Positions 1 through 35,153 of a DNA stretch of 64,000 nt are shown in pieces; position 1 is the stretch's first letter, and each line of letters opens with the position of its first letter. Below the pieces are notes generated by a model. The model saw only the letters and a list, made by a program, of their open reading frames with translations, searched no databases and had not been told where the DNA came from. This DNA comes from Eledone cirrhosa (Eukaryota), in assembly GCA_964016885.1 (NCBI GenBank), contig OZ024758.1, positions 26,288,001 through 26,352,000 on the forward strand, read 5' to 3'. Made by a program: the position numbers and the translations under genes.

Positions 1-868
1 ATATAGTATGTTTTAGTATACTAACATCCAGTCTTCATATAGTAGCAATAACACAAATTGTCTTCAATCTTACATACTAATCATTACAGTCAATTTCTTG
101 AAAATATGTCAAATATTTTGTGCAGACAAGGCGAAATTTAGAAATTTCTTAATTTAATATAAAATTTAAGAGGAAAAGATCAAATAATTACAGCTGAAAT
201 ATTAATAATAACTTTATAATTTATTTTTACACACCGGGAACTGGCTCAGTGGTACATCTAATTGACAACATTATTGTTCCATATCTTATAATATTACCAC
301 CAGCATTCTCTAGTAGTTGGTAGAGAAAATATTTCTATTATGCCCTTTAAGAATGAATAAATATTGTTGAAAATTTTTTTAAACAGGCAGCAATTCAATG
401 TAGCCATTAACCTTGAAGAAAATATAGACATGGTGTTATAAAATATAGAGATGGTACGTTTTATATATACTAAGAAAATGTTTCATTTTTCTTTTACTAT
501 ATTCTCAAGGTTTTAGGTGCCATTCTTTATGCCAACAACTCAGCTATGAAGTGGTAATGGCACATACTTTAGTGAGACAGACTGAGCTAAGAAGAGAAAT
601 GTGTCTTTCCCTAGAGATACAACACAGTGGCTGTAGCTATGTTTGAATTGATGGCCCTAATTAATAGTTCAGCATCTAAACTTCACAGTCTTTGTGCCTT
701 CACAGCCATTCCTACATTATATTAGTTATATTAGAAGAAAAAAAAATGTTTTTAATCTAATAGATATTCAATAGCTAATTCAATAGGTATGTTTAGAAGC
801 AAATGTATTTGTTAATCTATAACTATGATTATATATTTTCATTCACATACTCTGTATGTTATTACTCT

Positions 869-1084
869 TTAACCCTTTAGCATTTACATTAATCTATATT
901 TACTATTATATTTTCACGGTAAAGGCTTTACCTCACATAATATCGAATCTATGAGATTTTGATATTATTTATTTTGAGAACAATACCTTAATATCAGTAT
1001 GAGTGGCCAGTTACAGCCAATTTGAATAGAAAAAGGTGAGAGAATTCTGGCTAGATATGGCCGGTTTAAATGCTAAAGGGTTAA
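869..1084. mobile_element. piggyBac-type MITE family 1 (TTAA-CCCTTTAGCATTTA...TAAATGCTAAAGGG-TTAA)
   Basis: Terminal inverted repeats with TTAA flanks. Other copies at about 1455-1861 (dimer), 8115-8756, 9090-9265, 9581-10268, 13048-13279, 23370-23582, 25978-26285, 28629-29781, 30260-30635, 31332-31555, 41793-42308, 51016-51243, 52734-52959. Confidence 0.85.
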
Positions 1085-2998
1085 TTGATTCATATAGCTC
1101 TTATATATAAATTTAAGCCTTTAGAACAGGCATTTTTATACACACACATGTATATACATTCACTCATAAACAATATATTCACATACAACTATGTATGAAA
1201 ATATACATTTCTTTTCTATATAAAGAACATCAGATAAATAATATTGTTCTTGTAGGTTTTCAGTTATGAGAAAATAGAATATTTTCCCTAAGACAGAACA
1301 AATCTGAGAGAGTTTTAAATATCTTAAGTGAATTTCATTTACTATTGAATTCCCTGAGTACAATATTGCTGAAGCCAATAGAAAAAAAAAAGAATCTATT
1401 TTATTTTATATAATAAAAAGTTATGAAATTGATGTTGTGGACCATGAAATATTTAACCCTTTAGCATTTACATTACTCTATATTTACTATTATATTTTCA
1501 CAGTAAAGGCTTTACCTCACATAATATAGAATCTATGAGATTTTGATATAATTTATTTTGAGAAAAGTATCTTAAAATAAATATGAGCAGCCGGTTATGG
1601 TTGCTTTCAACAGAAAGAGGTGAAAGAATTCTGGCTGGATATAGCCAGTTTAAATGCCAAAGGGTTAACCTTTACATTACTCTATATATACTATTATATT
1701 TTCATGGAAAAGGTTTTATCTCACATAATATCGAATCTATGAGATTTTGATATTATTTATTTTGAGAACATCAGTATGAGTGGCCGGTTATGGCTGGTTT
1801 AAGCAGAACGAGGTGAGAGAATTCTGGCTAGCGATGGCTGGTTTAAATGCTAAAGGGTTAAGAGGTTTGCTTCACAGTCATGGAGTTTCAGGTTCAATCC
1901 CACAACACGGTGTGTGTAGTTTATAAACCTTGGGTCGACGAGACCTGTTTGTGTTTGAAAGCTCGTCAAATGAACTGTACCTGTAATTCAAAGGGCCAAC
2001 TTTGTCATGCTGAATCTCCCTGAGAATTATGTTAACTAACGGTACATGTGTTTATGGAATACTCAGCCACTTGCACATTAATAGGCTGTTCCTTTGACCA
2101 ATCAACTGGAACACTCGACAACATCAAAATTGATGAAGGTCCATTTATTTAATTTAATTGTTAAAACAGATTAGTAAACAATTATTTATTACCAGTTTAG
2201 GATGAGTAATGTCCAGATATGTACTAAATAACAAATAATATTAAATCCTTAGTTTTACTAATAATGGTACAAATGTAACATTGAAACAATATTGGTGATA
2301 AGAATAACAATGTTAATCTGAAAAAAAAAATATATTTTATTTAAATTTGTGGTAAAAGATATAAGTTACATAGATACTATAATGAAAATATAAATAAACT
2401 AAATTGAAATTTTGATCACTATATTAGGTTAAATGGGATTGAGATGTAACCTTTTTTTTAAATATTTCTTTCTTTTTAATTCATCTTCCTAAATATTTTA
2501 CTTTTTAACAGATATACATAAAGGAACATTCAAAGGAAAACTGCAAAAGCTATCAGATAATAAACTCACATATTTCTCACATATTTGTACGATATTTTTT
2601 ATATTGCTGGTTATAAATACTTTGAAACAAATAATTGCAGGATTTAAGGTTCAATATCGTTTAACTCAGGATTCATAAATCAAATGCATTTTATGCTGCT
2701 TTTGCAGTTTTCATTTAAAAGCCTTTTATATACATCATATATATATACACATGTGTGCATGTATGTATACATGCACACATAGTTTTATATTTATACAGAA
2801 TTTAATAATCCTTACAACAGAATTATAGTCAGATATTAGTAAAATTTTGCCAGAGAGTGTTACAATTTAGCTGTGTTCAATCATTAAACACACCAAAGAA
2901 ACATCAGTTAAATATTGATAATCATTCAGTTTTCTTTCTTATAGTTTTTTGGTTTCCATTTTTTCTTCCCATTTCTATCTAGTGTCCTCTTATTTTCT

Positions 2999-24230
<21,232 letters not shown>

Positions 24231-24414
24231 CTGTAAAAATTTAAAAAATGCAAAGGGTTTACAAAAACCAAATCACAACACTAAATTCCAAAATTCTATT
24301 TTAGTTAGAAATTTTCTAATTTTTAAGGAATATTTTAAACAATAAAAACAATATAAATAGATATTTAATCTTGAATGAGGATAAATGTTAAGAAAATAGA
24401 TTCTACAATGAGCT

Positions 24415-24659
24415 TTAACCTGTTGACTGCCGCGTATATTTTACACAGCTACAGTTGCTGTGCCAGGCTCCCCCCCCCCCCCCCCCATAAAACGACTATT
24501 TTGATCAACAAACGTCACATCAATAAACTAGTAACCCCATCTAGCTTTGAAGTTATGAACTTTTGGAAACGATTTCATAACTTTGATGTTATGAACTGTT
24601 CGAAAGGAGTTTAAACATGTTAGGATGAGTTATCTCGTTTGCGGTACTGAAGAGGTTAA
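24415..24659. mobile_element. TTAA-flanked MITE (family 3)
   Basis: TTAACCTGTTGACTGCCGC ... GCGGTACTGAAGAGGTTAA imperfect TIRs. Confidence 0.55.
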
Positions 24660-27136
24660 TCCTTAACATCCTGTAGCACATGAAAGCACAAGACATTCTT
24701 GAAAAGTACAAAACAACAAACACTGCATCGTATTAGAAATTGGTCTTTACTTCAAATTACTGCAAATTATTTTTACAATCTATAAATGTACTATAAATAT
24801 TTAAATGAAGAAACCCGTTTTTTAGAAAAATTCTGCTAAATCATTACATCAAGAGTTAAATTAAAACAATGGTTTCTTAAAGGATGGTTAATAAGAATTT
24901 GGTATGTCTGTCTGAAAGGTATTAGAAATATATGTGAAGTTGTACAAACAGGAATTGAGAGACCAGTGGCTGGAATCAATTGACTGAAAACTTGCTATAC
25001 ATAACAAAATTTAAATAAGTAGCAATGGCTTAAAAGGAACTTTTTAGAGTTCATATATAAAGCTTATATATTTTAGAGAGAAAACACAAATAAATTTGCT
25101 TTACAAAATTAATTCAATATAGATCTAAGTGTTTTCTCTCCAAATATATTTGAACTCTAAAAAGTTTTAAATTTTCTTTATAAACAATCTACTTCATAAT
25201 ATTTGTTAGGAGTTGTCTCCCTTATGTACATAAAGCTATTTATATCCAATTTCAAGAATATAACAATTTGCGCTCTTAATTCCTTTTCCCTGTGGATTAA
25301 ATCAATTTAATGCTTCAATTCTTCTCATGTTTTTTTGTTTCATTTTTAGTTTGGTTGTCATCAACCTATCAACTTTATCTTTACTCTTTCTGTTTCTCTT
25401 TTAAAAACATATTTGTTAATACATCCCAAAATAGTATATCTTTCATCACTCTTTAAATTTTTTTACCAGCTAGTTTATCAAATCGAATCATCCACAATTT
25501 TTCATTAATAATATTCTCAATTGATACAGGAAAAAAAAGGGGGAGAGAGAATTCTGAACATATAATTTGATAATATAAAAGCTAAATTAACTTTTAATAT
25601 TTTCTATGATATGGGAAAGCATCTTGTTAGACATTCCTTTCACATATTATCTAATCTCCTGCACTTATATGTTTAATGTCTACTGATATGAAAGCCGTCT
25701 TGCAGTGTAGAGCGTTTCTTATCTTTAATAACGAGTCAGTTATCACTGATAACACAAGAGCTATACTTCAGATGGCTTTTGACAAGAAACTCAGGGAGTA
25801 ACTTAATACATAATGAAACATTATGAAGAACCTCCATTAGATAACAGTTGATTTGATATTTTTAGATTTATTATCTGACAATACATTAGCAAAAAAACAA
25901 AAACAACAAAAAGTTCCTGTTATTTTATCTTAGATGAACAATAAACATAAAAAAGGAAAAGTAACTCTCTGTTCAGATTAACCCTTTAGCATTTACATTA
26001 GCATTTACATTCCATCTAAACCCATCTAGCGTGGAAGATAGACGTTAAACGATGATGATAATGATGATGATGATGATTACTCTATATTTACTATTGTATT
26101 TTTGTGGTAAAGTCTTTATCTTACATAATTATCTCACATACTATCGAATCTGTGAGATTTTGATATTATATATTTTCAGAACAATACCTTAACATAAGTA
26201 TAAGCAACCAGTTATTGCTGGTTTGAACAGAAAGAGATGAAAAAATTCTGGCCGGATATGGTCAGTTTAAATGCTGAAATGTTAATCAATCCAGCTACTA
26301 ATTATAAAGTAACATCCAATGGTAGAGAATAACACAATATAACTAAGGTGATACACTTCTACTGATACAATGTAAACATATATCCCCCTTTCTCTCTCTG
26401 ACATCCATTTTGGTTATCATACAAAGTCCTGTAACTCTGAATGGAGTATTGACATACAGCATTTATACGTTGTATATATCCATGGAGGCACATGGCTTAG
26501 TGGTTAGAGCATTGGCCTTGCAACCGAAAGGTTGTGAGATCAATTCTCAGACTGGGTGATGTGTTGTTTCCTTGAGCAAGACACTTTATTTCACGTTGCT
26601 CCAGTTTACTCAGCTGTAGAAATGAGATGAAAGGGACTGGGGTCCCTATCATTCCACTGCAAAGTGGTTGTGGGGGTGCCACGGCAAAACAAAAGCATCC
26701 AGCCCACACTGTAAAGTGGATGTGTAGGCACCACGGAAAAAAAGCACCCAGCACTCACTGTAAATGAGGTTGGTGTTAGGAAGGGCATCCAGCTGTAGAA
26801 ATCAAGCCAGAATCAGTTCCTGTCCCACCTTTTCAAGCAGGGAAAGGCGGACGTAAAATGATGATGATGATGATATACAGCATTTCTAGGGCAGTTTTAA
26901 AAGCTGGCAAAGCCCAATCCTCTCCAGGTCTGACTACAACAGATTTCTTCCAGAAGGTTAGAGAGTGAGAGAAAGGAGGATATAGAGCAAAAATCGACCC
27001 CAGTACTTGACTGGTACTTTTTTTTTTTTTATTGACCTTGAATAGAAGAAAGGCAAAGTTGACCTCGGTGGGATTTGAACTCAGAGAGTAAAATACTGCA
27101 AAAGCATTCTATCCGACGTTCTAACAAAAAGTTTGA

Positions 27137-27605
27137 TGTGTTGTACCAATATAGTTATATAGTACCATACTAGGTCCATGTTGTACCAATATAGTTATAT
27201 AGTACCATACTAGGTCCATGTTGTACCAATATAGTTATATAGTACCATACTAGGTCTGTGTTGTACCAATATAGTTATATAGTACCATACTAGGTCCATG
27301 TTGTACCAATATAGTTATATAGTACCATACTAGGTCTGTGTTGTACCAATATAGTTATATAGTACCATACTAGGTCTGTGTTGTACCAATATAGTTATAT
27401 AGTACCATACTAGGTCCATGTTGTACCAATATAGTTATATAGTACCATACTAGGTCTGTGTTGTACCAATATAGTTATATAGTACCATACTAGGTCTGTG
27501 TTGTACCAATATAGTTATATAGTACCATACTAGGTCTGTGTTGTACCAATATAGTTATATAGTACCATACTAGGTCTGTGTTGTACCAATATAGTTATAT
27601 AGTAC
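27137..27605. repeat. 40-bp tandem repeat x about 11.5
   Basis: ttgtaccaatatagttatatagtaccatactaggtc(ca/tg)tg, period 40. Confidence 0.96.
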
Positions 27606-27724
27606 ACTAATCTGCCACCTACTTTGGTTATCATCTTATAAGTATTAAATTAGCTAGAAGTTTCTCCCTCACCAGAAAGATTGAGATACTTTGATGAATA
27701 TTCTGGCAACATATCTTTTATAAT

Positions 27725-27903
27725 TACCGTATATACTCAATTGTAAGCTGACCCACCCTTATTTTATGTCTAAGAAATAGGCGAAAATCCAAACCGCATT
27801 TATGAACCGAGGCAGCTAATCAACACGTTTAGCTGGCATATATAAGACAACCTCCCATTTTACCATCAATTGTTTTGGTCACATATTGAGTATATATATG
27901 GTA
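27725..27903. mobile_element. pogo/Tigger-like MITE (relatives about 49935-50150, 61555-61643)
   Basis: taccgtatatactc ... gagtatatatatggta ends and internal TATAAG-CGA-CCC subrepeats. Confidence 0.55.
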
Positions 27904-28628
27904 CTTTCTTAGAGAATCTTAAAACCTCGCCATTTCTAAGCTTATGAATTCAACCAACATTTAATCTTTAACAATGCTGTTATCACAGAGTGGAAACTGA
28001 AAGAGAACTTTCAATTGAGATATATTCGGTGGATTGGCAGTATCGGTAGAGCATCAGACAACATGCTTTGCAGCACAGAGTTTTGGCCCTTTACGTTCTG
28101 AGTTCAAATCCAGCTAAGGTTAAATTTGCCTTTCATCCTTAGGGGGTCGATAAAATAAAGCACCAGTAATTCACTGGGTAATTGCTGGCCTTGTGCCAAA
28201 AGTAGAATCAATTATTTACAATTACACAACTGCAACTAAGGAGAAGTTTTTCTGTTACACGCACAATAAAGATGCCACTACCCAAAAGGTAAAACCAGTT
28301 GTTAATTGGCAACTATTAACTCACTAATGCACTAAAGCCACTGAGATGCTGTGTCTTCTTTCTTTCTTTCTTGGAACAATTGCATTCAAGTCTCTTGTGT
28401 TTAAACCTCTAATAATTATGTTATCAAATTGTTATGTTCACTTGTATCTTCAATCTTGTATGTTTTCTTTACTCTCTATAAATTGCATGTACTACATTCA
28501 CTACACATGTTTCACTGCCATATTACATAACATTACTGATGTATCTATCATACAGTCTTCTCTGCTGGAAAAATGGGATTTCTTTGTTGCCAATAGAAAC
28601 AATAGTTTCATAAATATCCTTCACCTAG

Positions 28629-29781
28629 TTAACCCTTTAATGTTCAAACCGGCCAGAATTCTCTACCTCTTTCTGTTGAAACTGGCTGTAACTGGTCACT
28701 CAAACTGATGTTAAGGTATTATTCTCAAAATAAATACTTTCAAAATCTCATAGATTCGATATTATGTGAGATAATTGTGTGAGGTAAAGCCTTTACCATG
28801 AAAATACAATAGTATATATAGAGTAATGTGAATGTTATGTGAGATAATTATGTGAGGTAAAGCCTTTACTGTGAAAATATAATAGTATATATAGAGTAAT
28901 GTGAATGTTATGTGAGATAATTATGTGAGGTAAAGCCTTTATCATGAAAATACAATAGTATATATAGAGTAATGTAAATGTTATGAGATATTATGTGAGG
29001 TAAAGCCTTTACCATGAAAATATAATAGTATATATAGAGTAATGTGAATGTTATGTGAGATATTATGTGAGGTAAAGCCTTTATCATGAAAATACAATAG
29101 TATATATAGAGTAATGTGAATGTTATGAGAGATATTATGTGAGGTAAAGCCTTTACCATGAAAATACAATAGTATATATAGAGTAATGTGAATGTTATGT
29201 GAGATAATTATGTGAGGTAAAGCCTTTATCATGAAAATACAATAGTATATATAGAGTAATGTAAATGTTATGAGATATTATGTGAGGTAAAGCCTTTACC
29301 ATGAAAATATAATAGTATATATAGAGTAATGTGAATGTTATGTGAGATATTATGTGAGGTAAAGCCTTTATCATGAAAATACAATAGTATATATAGAGTA
29401 ATGTGAATGTTATGAGAGATATTATGTGAGGTAAAGCCTTTACCATGAAAATATAATAGTATATATAGAGTAATGTGAATGTTATGAGAGATATTATGTG
29501 AGGTAAAGCCTTTACCATGAAAATATAATAGTATATATAGAGTAATGTGAATGTTATGAGAGATATTATGTGAGGTAAAGCCTTTACCATGAAAATATAA
29601 TAGTATATATAGAGTAATGTGAATGTTATGTGAGATATTATGTGAGGTAAAGCCTTTACCATGAAAATACAATAGTATATATAGAGTAATGTGAATGTTA
29701 TGTGAGATATTATGTGAGGTAAAGCCTTTACCATGAAAATACAATAGTATATATAGAGTAATGTAAATGCTAAAGGGTTAA
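28629..29781 (-). repeat. MITE-1 expanded by an internal 70-73-bp tandem array (about 14 units)
   Basis: Both TTAA-TIR ends are present; unit gaggtaaagcctttaccatgaaaatacaatagtatatatagagtaatgtgaatgttatg. Confidence 0.92.
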
Positions 29782-30716
29782 TACTATGGATAAAATTTCC
29801 TTACATTAAGTTTCATCAATTATTAACATTTCTAATAACTATAAACTTGGATGTATAGAACTCAACTACTCAACAGGAGTGAAAAATCCCTGGATTTGGA
29901 AGAGCCGCATCCTTGCATGACTTATTGTAGGACCTCTGAAATGATGGGAGGGGGGAATACAAGAAGAGACCCTACCCTGACTCATGTATTCTATTCAGAC
30001 CTAAAACTTAGTCCAAATGCTTGCAACAGTGGACTTCACCAAAGGCACTCAAGGGTAAGGCCAGATAAACAATGCAAAAGGTTAAGTCTGCCACCCACTA
30101 GCAAGTATAGTTCATCTAACAGGCTTCCACATAGTGTCCGTCTACCCAATATCATTCAAAAGGCCTTGGTGGCAACTGTAAGTTGTTGTAGAGGAAACTT
30201 GCTCAAGATACTAAATAATGAAATTGAACTTACTAATATGTGTTTGCAAGGCAAACTCCTTAACCCTTTAGCATTCACATTACTCTATATATACTATTGT
30301 ATTTTCATGGTGAAGGCTTTACCTCACATAATTATCTCACATAACATTCACATTACTCTATATATACTATTGTATTTTCATGGTGAAGGCTTTACCTCAC
30401 ATAATTATCTCACATAATATCTAACATAACATTCACATTACTCTATATATACTATTGTATTTTCATGGTAAAGGCTTTACCTCACACAATTATCTCACAT
30501 TATATCGAATCTATGAGATTTTGAAAGTATTTATTTTGAGAACAATACCTTAACATCAGTTTGAGTGACCAGTTACAGCCAGTTTCAACAGAAAGAGGTA
30601 GATAATTCTGGCCGGTTTGAACATTAAAGGGTTAACCACACAACTATGTCAACTTAAATCTATTCCACATTAAATACATGTTTCAAAATGCTAAAAACCA
30701 TATCAGTAATATTAAA

Positions 30717-30913
30717 AAGGTAGACAGAAAAGTTCATAGGCTGACTATGAAGGAGTGATGCTAGAGAAGTGAAATCTTGCATACATTAATTTCAACTCTT
30801 CTTATTAATAACTACATTGTTTCTTTCCAGGGACTATGTTGAAAAATAAACCTCATTTGGTCATTCCATGAGAGTATCATGGTCAGCCTATGAACTTTTC
30901 AGTCGACCCTCAT
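30717..30913. mobile_element. Mariner-type MITE (partial second copy 31830-31930)
   Basis: gaaaagttcataggctgac / gtcagcctatgaacttttc inverted ends. Confidence 0.7.
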
Positions 30914-32403
30914 ATTTTAATTATTTTAACCAATTTGTATTTAGAATAATGCTTCTAAGTCATTTTCCTTTTATACCTATTTCACAATAGCTTTGATTCT
31001 TATTAGAAAACAAAAATATTTAAAAGATGTAATGTAGTTAAACTTAATTAGTTTAGTAGAAAGTATATTACAGACTGTCATTCTGTTTTGTTATGATAGG
31101 TGAAGGTTTAGAAAAGTTACTGCTAAATAAATAGAAGTCATTTGAGAAAAGTCAGTTTGGTTTCTAGATGTGAGAAAGTATGTGGGCAATTACAGATCTT
31201 AAAACTAGCAAAACTGTTTTCACAAGTTGTTATTGGTTAGTCCCGGGTCAACCCTGGTTGAAGATGTAGCCATAACTGTCCCTTCTAATTTGTACAGCGA
31301 GGACTACATTGTTCAATGTATCCCTTCTTTTTTAACCCTTTACCATTTACATTACTCTATATTTACTATTGTATTGTTGCGGTAAAGGCTTTACCTCACA
31401 TAATTATCTCACATAATATTGAATCTATGAGATGTTTATGTTATTTTGAGAACAATACCTTAACATCAATATGAGCAGCCGGTTATGGCTGGTTTGAACA
31501 GAAAGAGATGAGAGAATTCTGGTAAGATACGGCCAGTTTAAATGCTAAAGGGTTAAGTGTGAGATTTAGCAGTAATTTTAAATGTGAGATTTAGGTGTAA
31601 TTTCTAGCAGATTGAGTGACCATGTAAACCCCCTCCCTTCCTCATTGATTACAACAGAAGTAATTAGCTAATAATGTCTAGCAGCAGTAGTTAAAAAACA
31701 GCAATGGCAGAGCTATTGTAGTGATTTTTATAGTAATATCCCCAAATTATTAGCAAATCTGATACTATGGGCATGTGGTTAGCATGTCTCAGGAAAGAAT
31801 TGCTGGACAGATTTTACGTGCAAAACCAATTGCATTGTTTCTTTCCAGGGACTACGTTGAAAAATAAACCTCATTTGGTCTTTCCATGAGAGTATCTTGG
31901 TCAGCCCATGAACTTTTCAGCCGGCCCTTATATTAAAGTAGTACTAGTAAATACCTTAATCATTATAAATAATTGTTTCTACTTTAGGCACAAGGCCAGC
32001 AAATTACCTAGTGTATTACTGGTACTTTATTTTATCGACCCCATAAGGATGAACGGCAAAGTTAACCTAGGCAATGAAGGATTGATACCTATTTCAAAGC
32101 ACATTAAAATATAATTAAATTTTTAAAAATAATAATACAGCTAACCACCATTTTTGTGACATACATCTGTGGAAGGTAGATCTAAGCGGGGCTAAAATAT
32201 GCGAAAACTAGGTTGAAGCAAGAGATAACAAACAACAGATTTCTAACAAATAATTCCTTCAATGTAGAGCAATGTTTTTATTGGATTCACAAGAACCAAC
32301 TACCAATGTGACATATGGAAGTTGTCAGAATCTTTTCTTCTGGTAATTTGCAACAGCTTTTAATCGATTCCTGGTTAACAGAACCCAACATTTATTTCTA
32401 ACC

Positions 32404-32439
<36 letters not shown>

Positions 32440-33352
32440 TTTCATTGTTAAATTAGTCTTGCCATTGTGCACTTTTACTCGACCTTATTGTAAACCCCCA
32501 CTGTCCCTGTCTTTGTATTGTCCCCTACATGCCGGCCCTTGTGGCTAATAAATGAAATCATTATTATTATTATTATAGGGCGGTGGATTGGCAGTATCGG
32601 TAGAGGGTCGGACGCCATGCTTTCCAGCACAGTTACGTCCCTTTACGATCTGAGTTCAAATCCCGCCGAGGTTGACTTTGCCTTTCATCCTTATGGGGTC
32701 GATAAAATAAAGTACCAGTAATGCACTGGGTATTTGCTGGCCTTGTGCCTAAAGTAGAAACAATTATTATTATTATTATTATTATTATTATTTTCATTTT
32801 CATTTTCATTCATTCATTATCGTATCTGAGATATATGACGAGTGTCTTCCTGACACCTAGGGCAAATAAATTCACTGTGTGCATTGGTAAGCCAGTTAAT
32901 ACAGCACATTGATTATAATTAGAGGCCGGTAGATTGGCAGTTGTCGGTAGAGTTGGACGCCATACTTTCCAGCATAGAGTTACGTCCCTTTACGGACTGA
33001 GTTCAAATCCCGCCAAGGTTAATTTTGCCTTTCATCCTTACGGGGTCGATAAAAGGAAGTACCAGTAATTGCTGGCCCCTTGTGAAAAAAAAGAAACCAT
33101 TATTATTACGAGGCCGGTAGATTGGCAGTATCAGTAGAGCATCAGACACCATGCTTTGCAGCATAGAGTTATGGCCCTTTATGGTCCGAGTCCAAATCCT
33201 GCCGAGTTTAGCTTTGCCTTTCATCCTTACAAGGTCAATAAACTAAAGTACCAGTAGTGCATTGGGGTTAATTTAATTGACTTTCCCCTCACCAAAAAAT
33301 TGATGGCCTTGTGCCTAAATCAAAAACCATTATTATTATTATTATTATTATT

Positions 33353-35153
33353 TGCATTTATCTTGCTTTATGTTTATACGAGTTATCACCAAGTCACAAC
33401 CAGTGACCTCAAGAGACAACAAGGTCCGCCATGTTCAAGAAAGAACATACATATTCACACATGCATCCTTAGTGTTTAGACTTGTGATGTACTTATATTG
33501 ACAGGATCTTCCTTAGTATATGGGCAGTTCCCATTAGTACTATCTTTTGTATTTCTCCTATACGCGGGTTTCCTGGGATTTGCGATAAGTAGTCGTTAGA
33601 CCCCTTAGGTATCATTCCCAGAGCGCCTACAACCACTGGTATTGTTTTAGTTCTCAATTTCCACATTTTTCCAATTTCTATCTCCAGGTCCTTATACTTG
33701 CTCAATTTTTCAAATGTTTTTATAGATACATTCTTGTCTATTGGAACAGACATATCAATTAGCAGGCATACCCTCCTTTGAAAGTCCTTCAATATTATAT
33801 CAGGTCTATTTGCATCTATTTTTCGGTCTGTTTGGATGCTAAAGTTCCACAAGATTGAGATGTGATCTTTTTCAAGTATGGGAGGTGGTTGATGCTCCCA
33901 CCAATTCTTTTGATGGGGCAGGTCAAAATGCTTACACATTATCCAATGTATGTATTGTGCAGCTCTGTCATGCCTGTTTAGGTATTCGGTTGGAGCTATA
34001 GGACTGCACATTGAAATTATATGGTCAATGGTCTCTGGTTGTTTTTTGCATACACGGCATAATGGGCTGCACCCATTTTTTATTATGTTGGCTTGGTAAT
34101 TTTTTGTTGGCAGACACTGATCTTGCGCGGATATAATCAGTCCTTCAGTCTCCGATTTTAGTCCAGAGGATGCCAACCACTGATGGGTTAAAGTTTTGTC
34201 AACATCAGGATTGTTAGCTCGCTCTGGGTATTTTCCATACAGAGGCTTTTCTTGCCATTTCTTAGCCAGTTTCTGTAGCAGTTCTTTCTTTGCAGTTACT
34301 TTTACCTGCTTTGCTTTTTCTGTGTTTTCCATTTCAGCAGTAAATGGGACTTCTGAAATTTGTAGTCCATTACTGTATCTTTGTGCATCTTTTGTAATGG
34401 AATATGATCTTTTGGTGCTTTCGTGTTTCAAAACGAGTTTGATCATCCAATCATGTGATTCCCTTAGATATGTGGATAATCCAATTGTTGCAGTTTTCAA
34501 CGCAATGTCTAACTGGATTAACCCACGTCCTCCTTCTTTCCTAGGGAGATATATTCTATCTATGTCTGCCTTAGGGTGATGCATTCTGTGCATGGTTAAG
34601 AATTTTCGGATTTTTGTATCGAGCCTACGGATCTCTGTGCTTGACCAGTTGATGACATTGTAACTGTAGGTTACTACTGGTATGGCAAGCGTGTTTATGG
34701 CATCGATCCTATTCCTTGCATTCAATTCCGTTCTTAAGATTGCTCTGACTCTGCGGTAACATTCCTTCCTTATCCTTTCCCTCATTGTCGAGTGCTTGAT
34801 TCCGTCTCCTTCACAAACACCTAGATATTTGTAAGTTTGTTCTTGATCAAGCTCTCTTATCACGTTCCCCCGATCAAGATTAATGTCTGAACTCTTCAGC
34901 AGCTTTCCTCTGGTGAACGTTGCTTTGGCGCATTTATCCAGTCCAAACTCCATTTTAATGTCATCACTGAACTGCTCCACAGTGGATAATAGCCCTTGCA
35001 ATTGTTCATCATTTTTTGCAAATAGTTTCAGGTCATCCATGTAGAACAGGTGATTAATGGTTTTGTCATAGACTCTATATCCATGTTTTGTTTCATTGAG
35101 CATTTTACTTAATGGTATAAGTGCGATGCAGAATAAAAGCGGTGATAAAGAGT
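33353..35153 (-). mobile_element. 5'-truncated R4/Dong-clade non-LTR retrotransposon (RT C-terminal half, CCHC knuckle, restriction-like endonuclease)
   Basis: Uninterrupted frame SLSPLLFCIAL...HLFYMDDLKLF...CRVCKKQPETIDHIISMC...RHD...RPDII...DMSVP...KY, stop at 33493, 140-nt 3'UTR, (TAA)n on both sides. Confidence 0.9.
33493..35103 (-). CDS. Retrotransposon RT-RLE partial ORF (536 aa)
   Basis: YMDD catalytic motif, zinc knuckle and PD-D endonuclease. The frame is open for about 16 more codons up to the truncation point. Confidence 0.85.
   Translation of the reverse strand: MLNETKHGYRVYDKTINHLFYMDDLKLFAKNDEQLQGLLSTVEQFSDDIKMEFGLDKCAKATFTRGKLLKSSDINLDRGNVIRELDQEQTYKYLGVCEGDGIKHSTMRERIRKECYRRVRAILRTELNARNRIDAINTLAIPVVTYSYNVINWSSTEIRRLDTKIRKFLTMHRMHHPKADIDRIYLPRKEGGRGLIQLDIALKTATIGLSTYLRESHDWMIKLVLKHESTKRSYSITKDAQRYSNGLQISEVPFTAEMENTEKAKQVKVTAKKELLQKLAKKWQEKPLYGKYPERANNPDVDKTLTHQWLASSGLKSETEGLIISAQDQCLPTKNYQANIIKNGCSPLCRVCKKQPETIDHIISMCSPIAPTEYLNRHDRAAQYIHWIMCKHFDLPHQKNWWEHQPPPILEKDHISILWNFSIQTDRKIDANRPDIILKDFQRRVCLLIDMSVPIDKNVSIKTFEKLSKYKDLEIEIGKMWKLRTKTIPVVVGALGMIPKGSNDYLSQIPGNPRIGEIQKIVLMGTAHILRKILSI

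Noticed and set aside
1-2998. Specific polyadenylation site for the gene
   Set aside because: Several AATAAA occur on the minus strand in AT-rich DNA, and none can be singled out without transcript data.
27137-27605. 40-bp repeat as a CRISPR array
   Set aside because: Head-to-tail units without spacers.
28908-30417. Long ORFs (179, 158 and 188 aa)
   Set aside because: Translations of the MITE tandem array and adjacent repeat scraps, with no recognisable domain.
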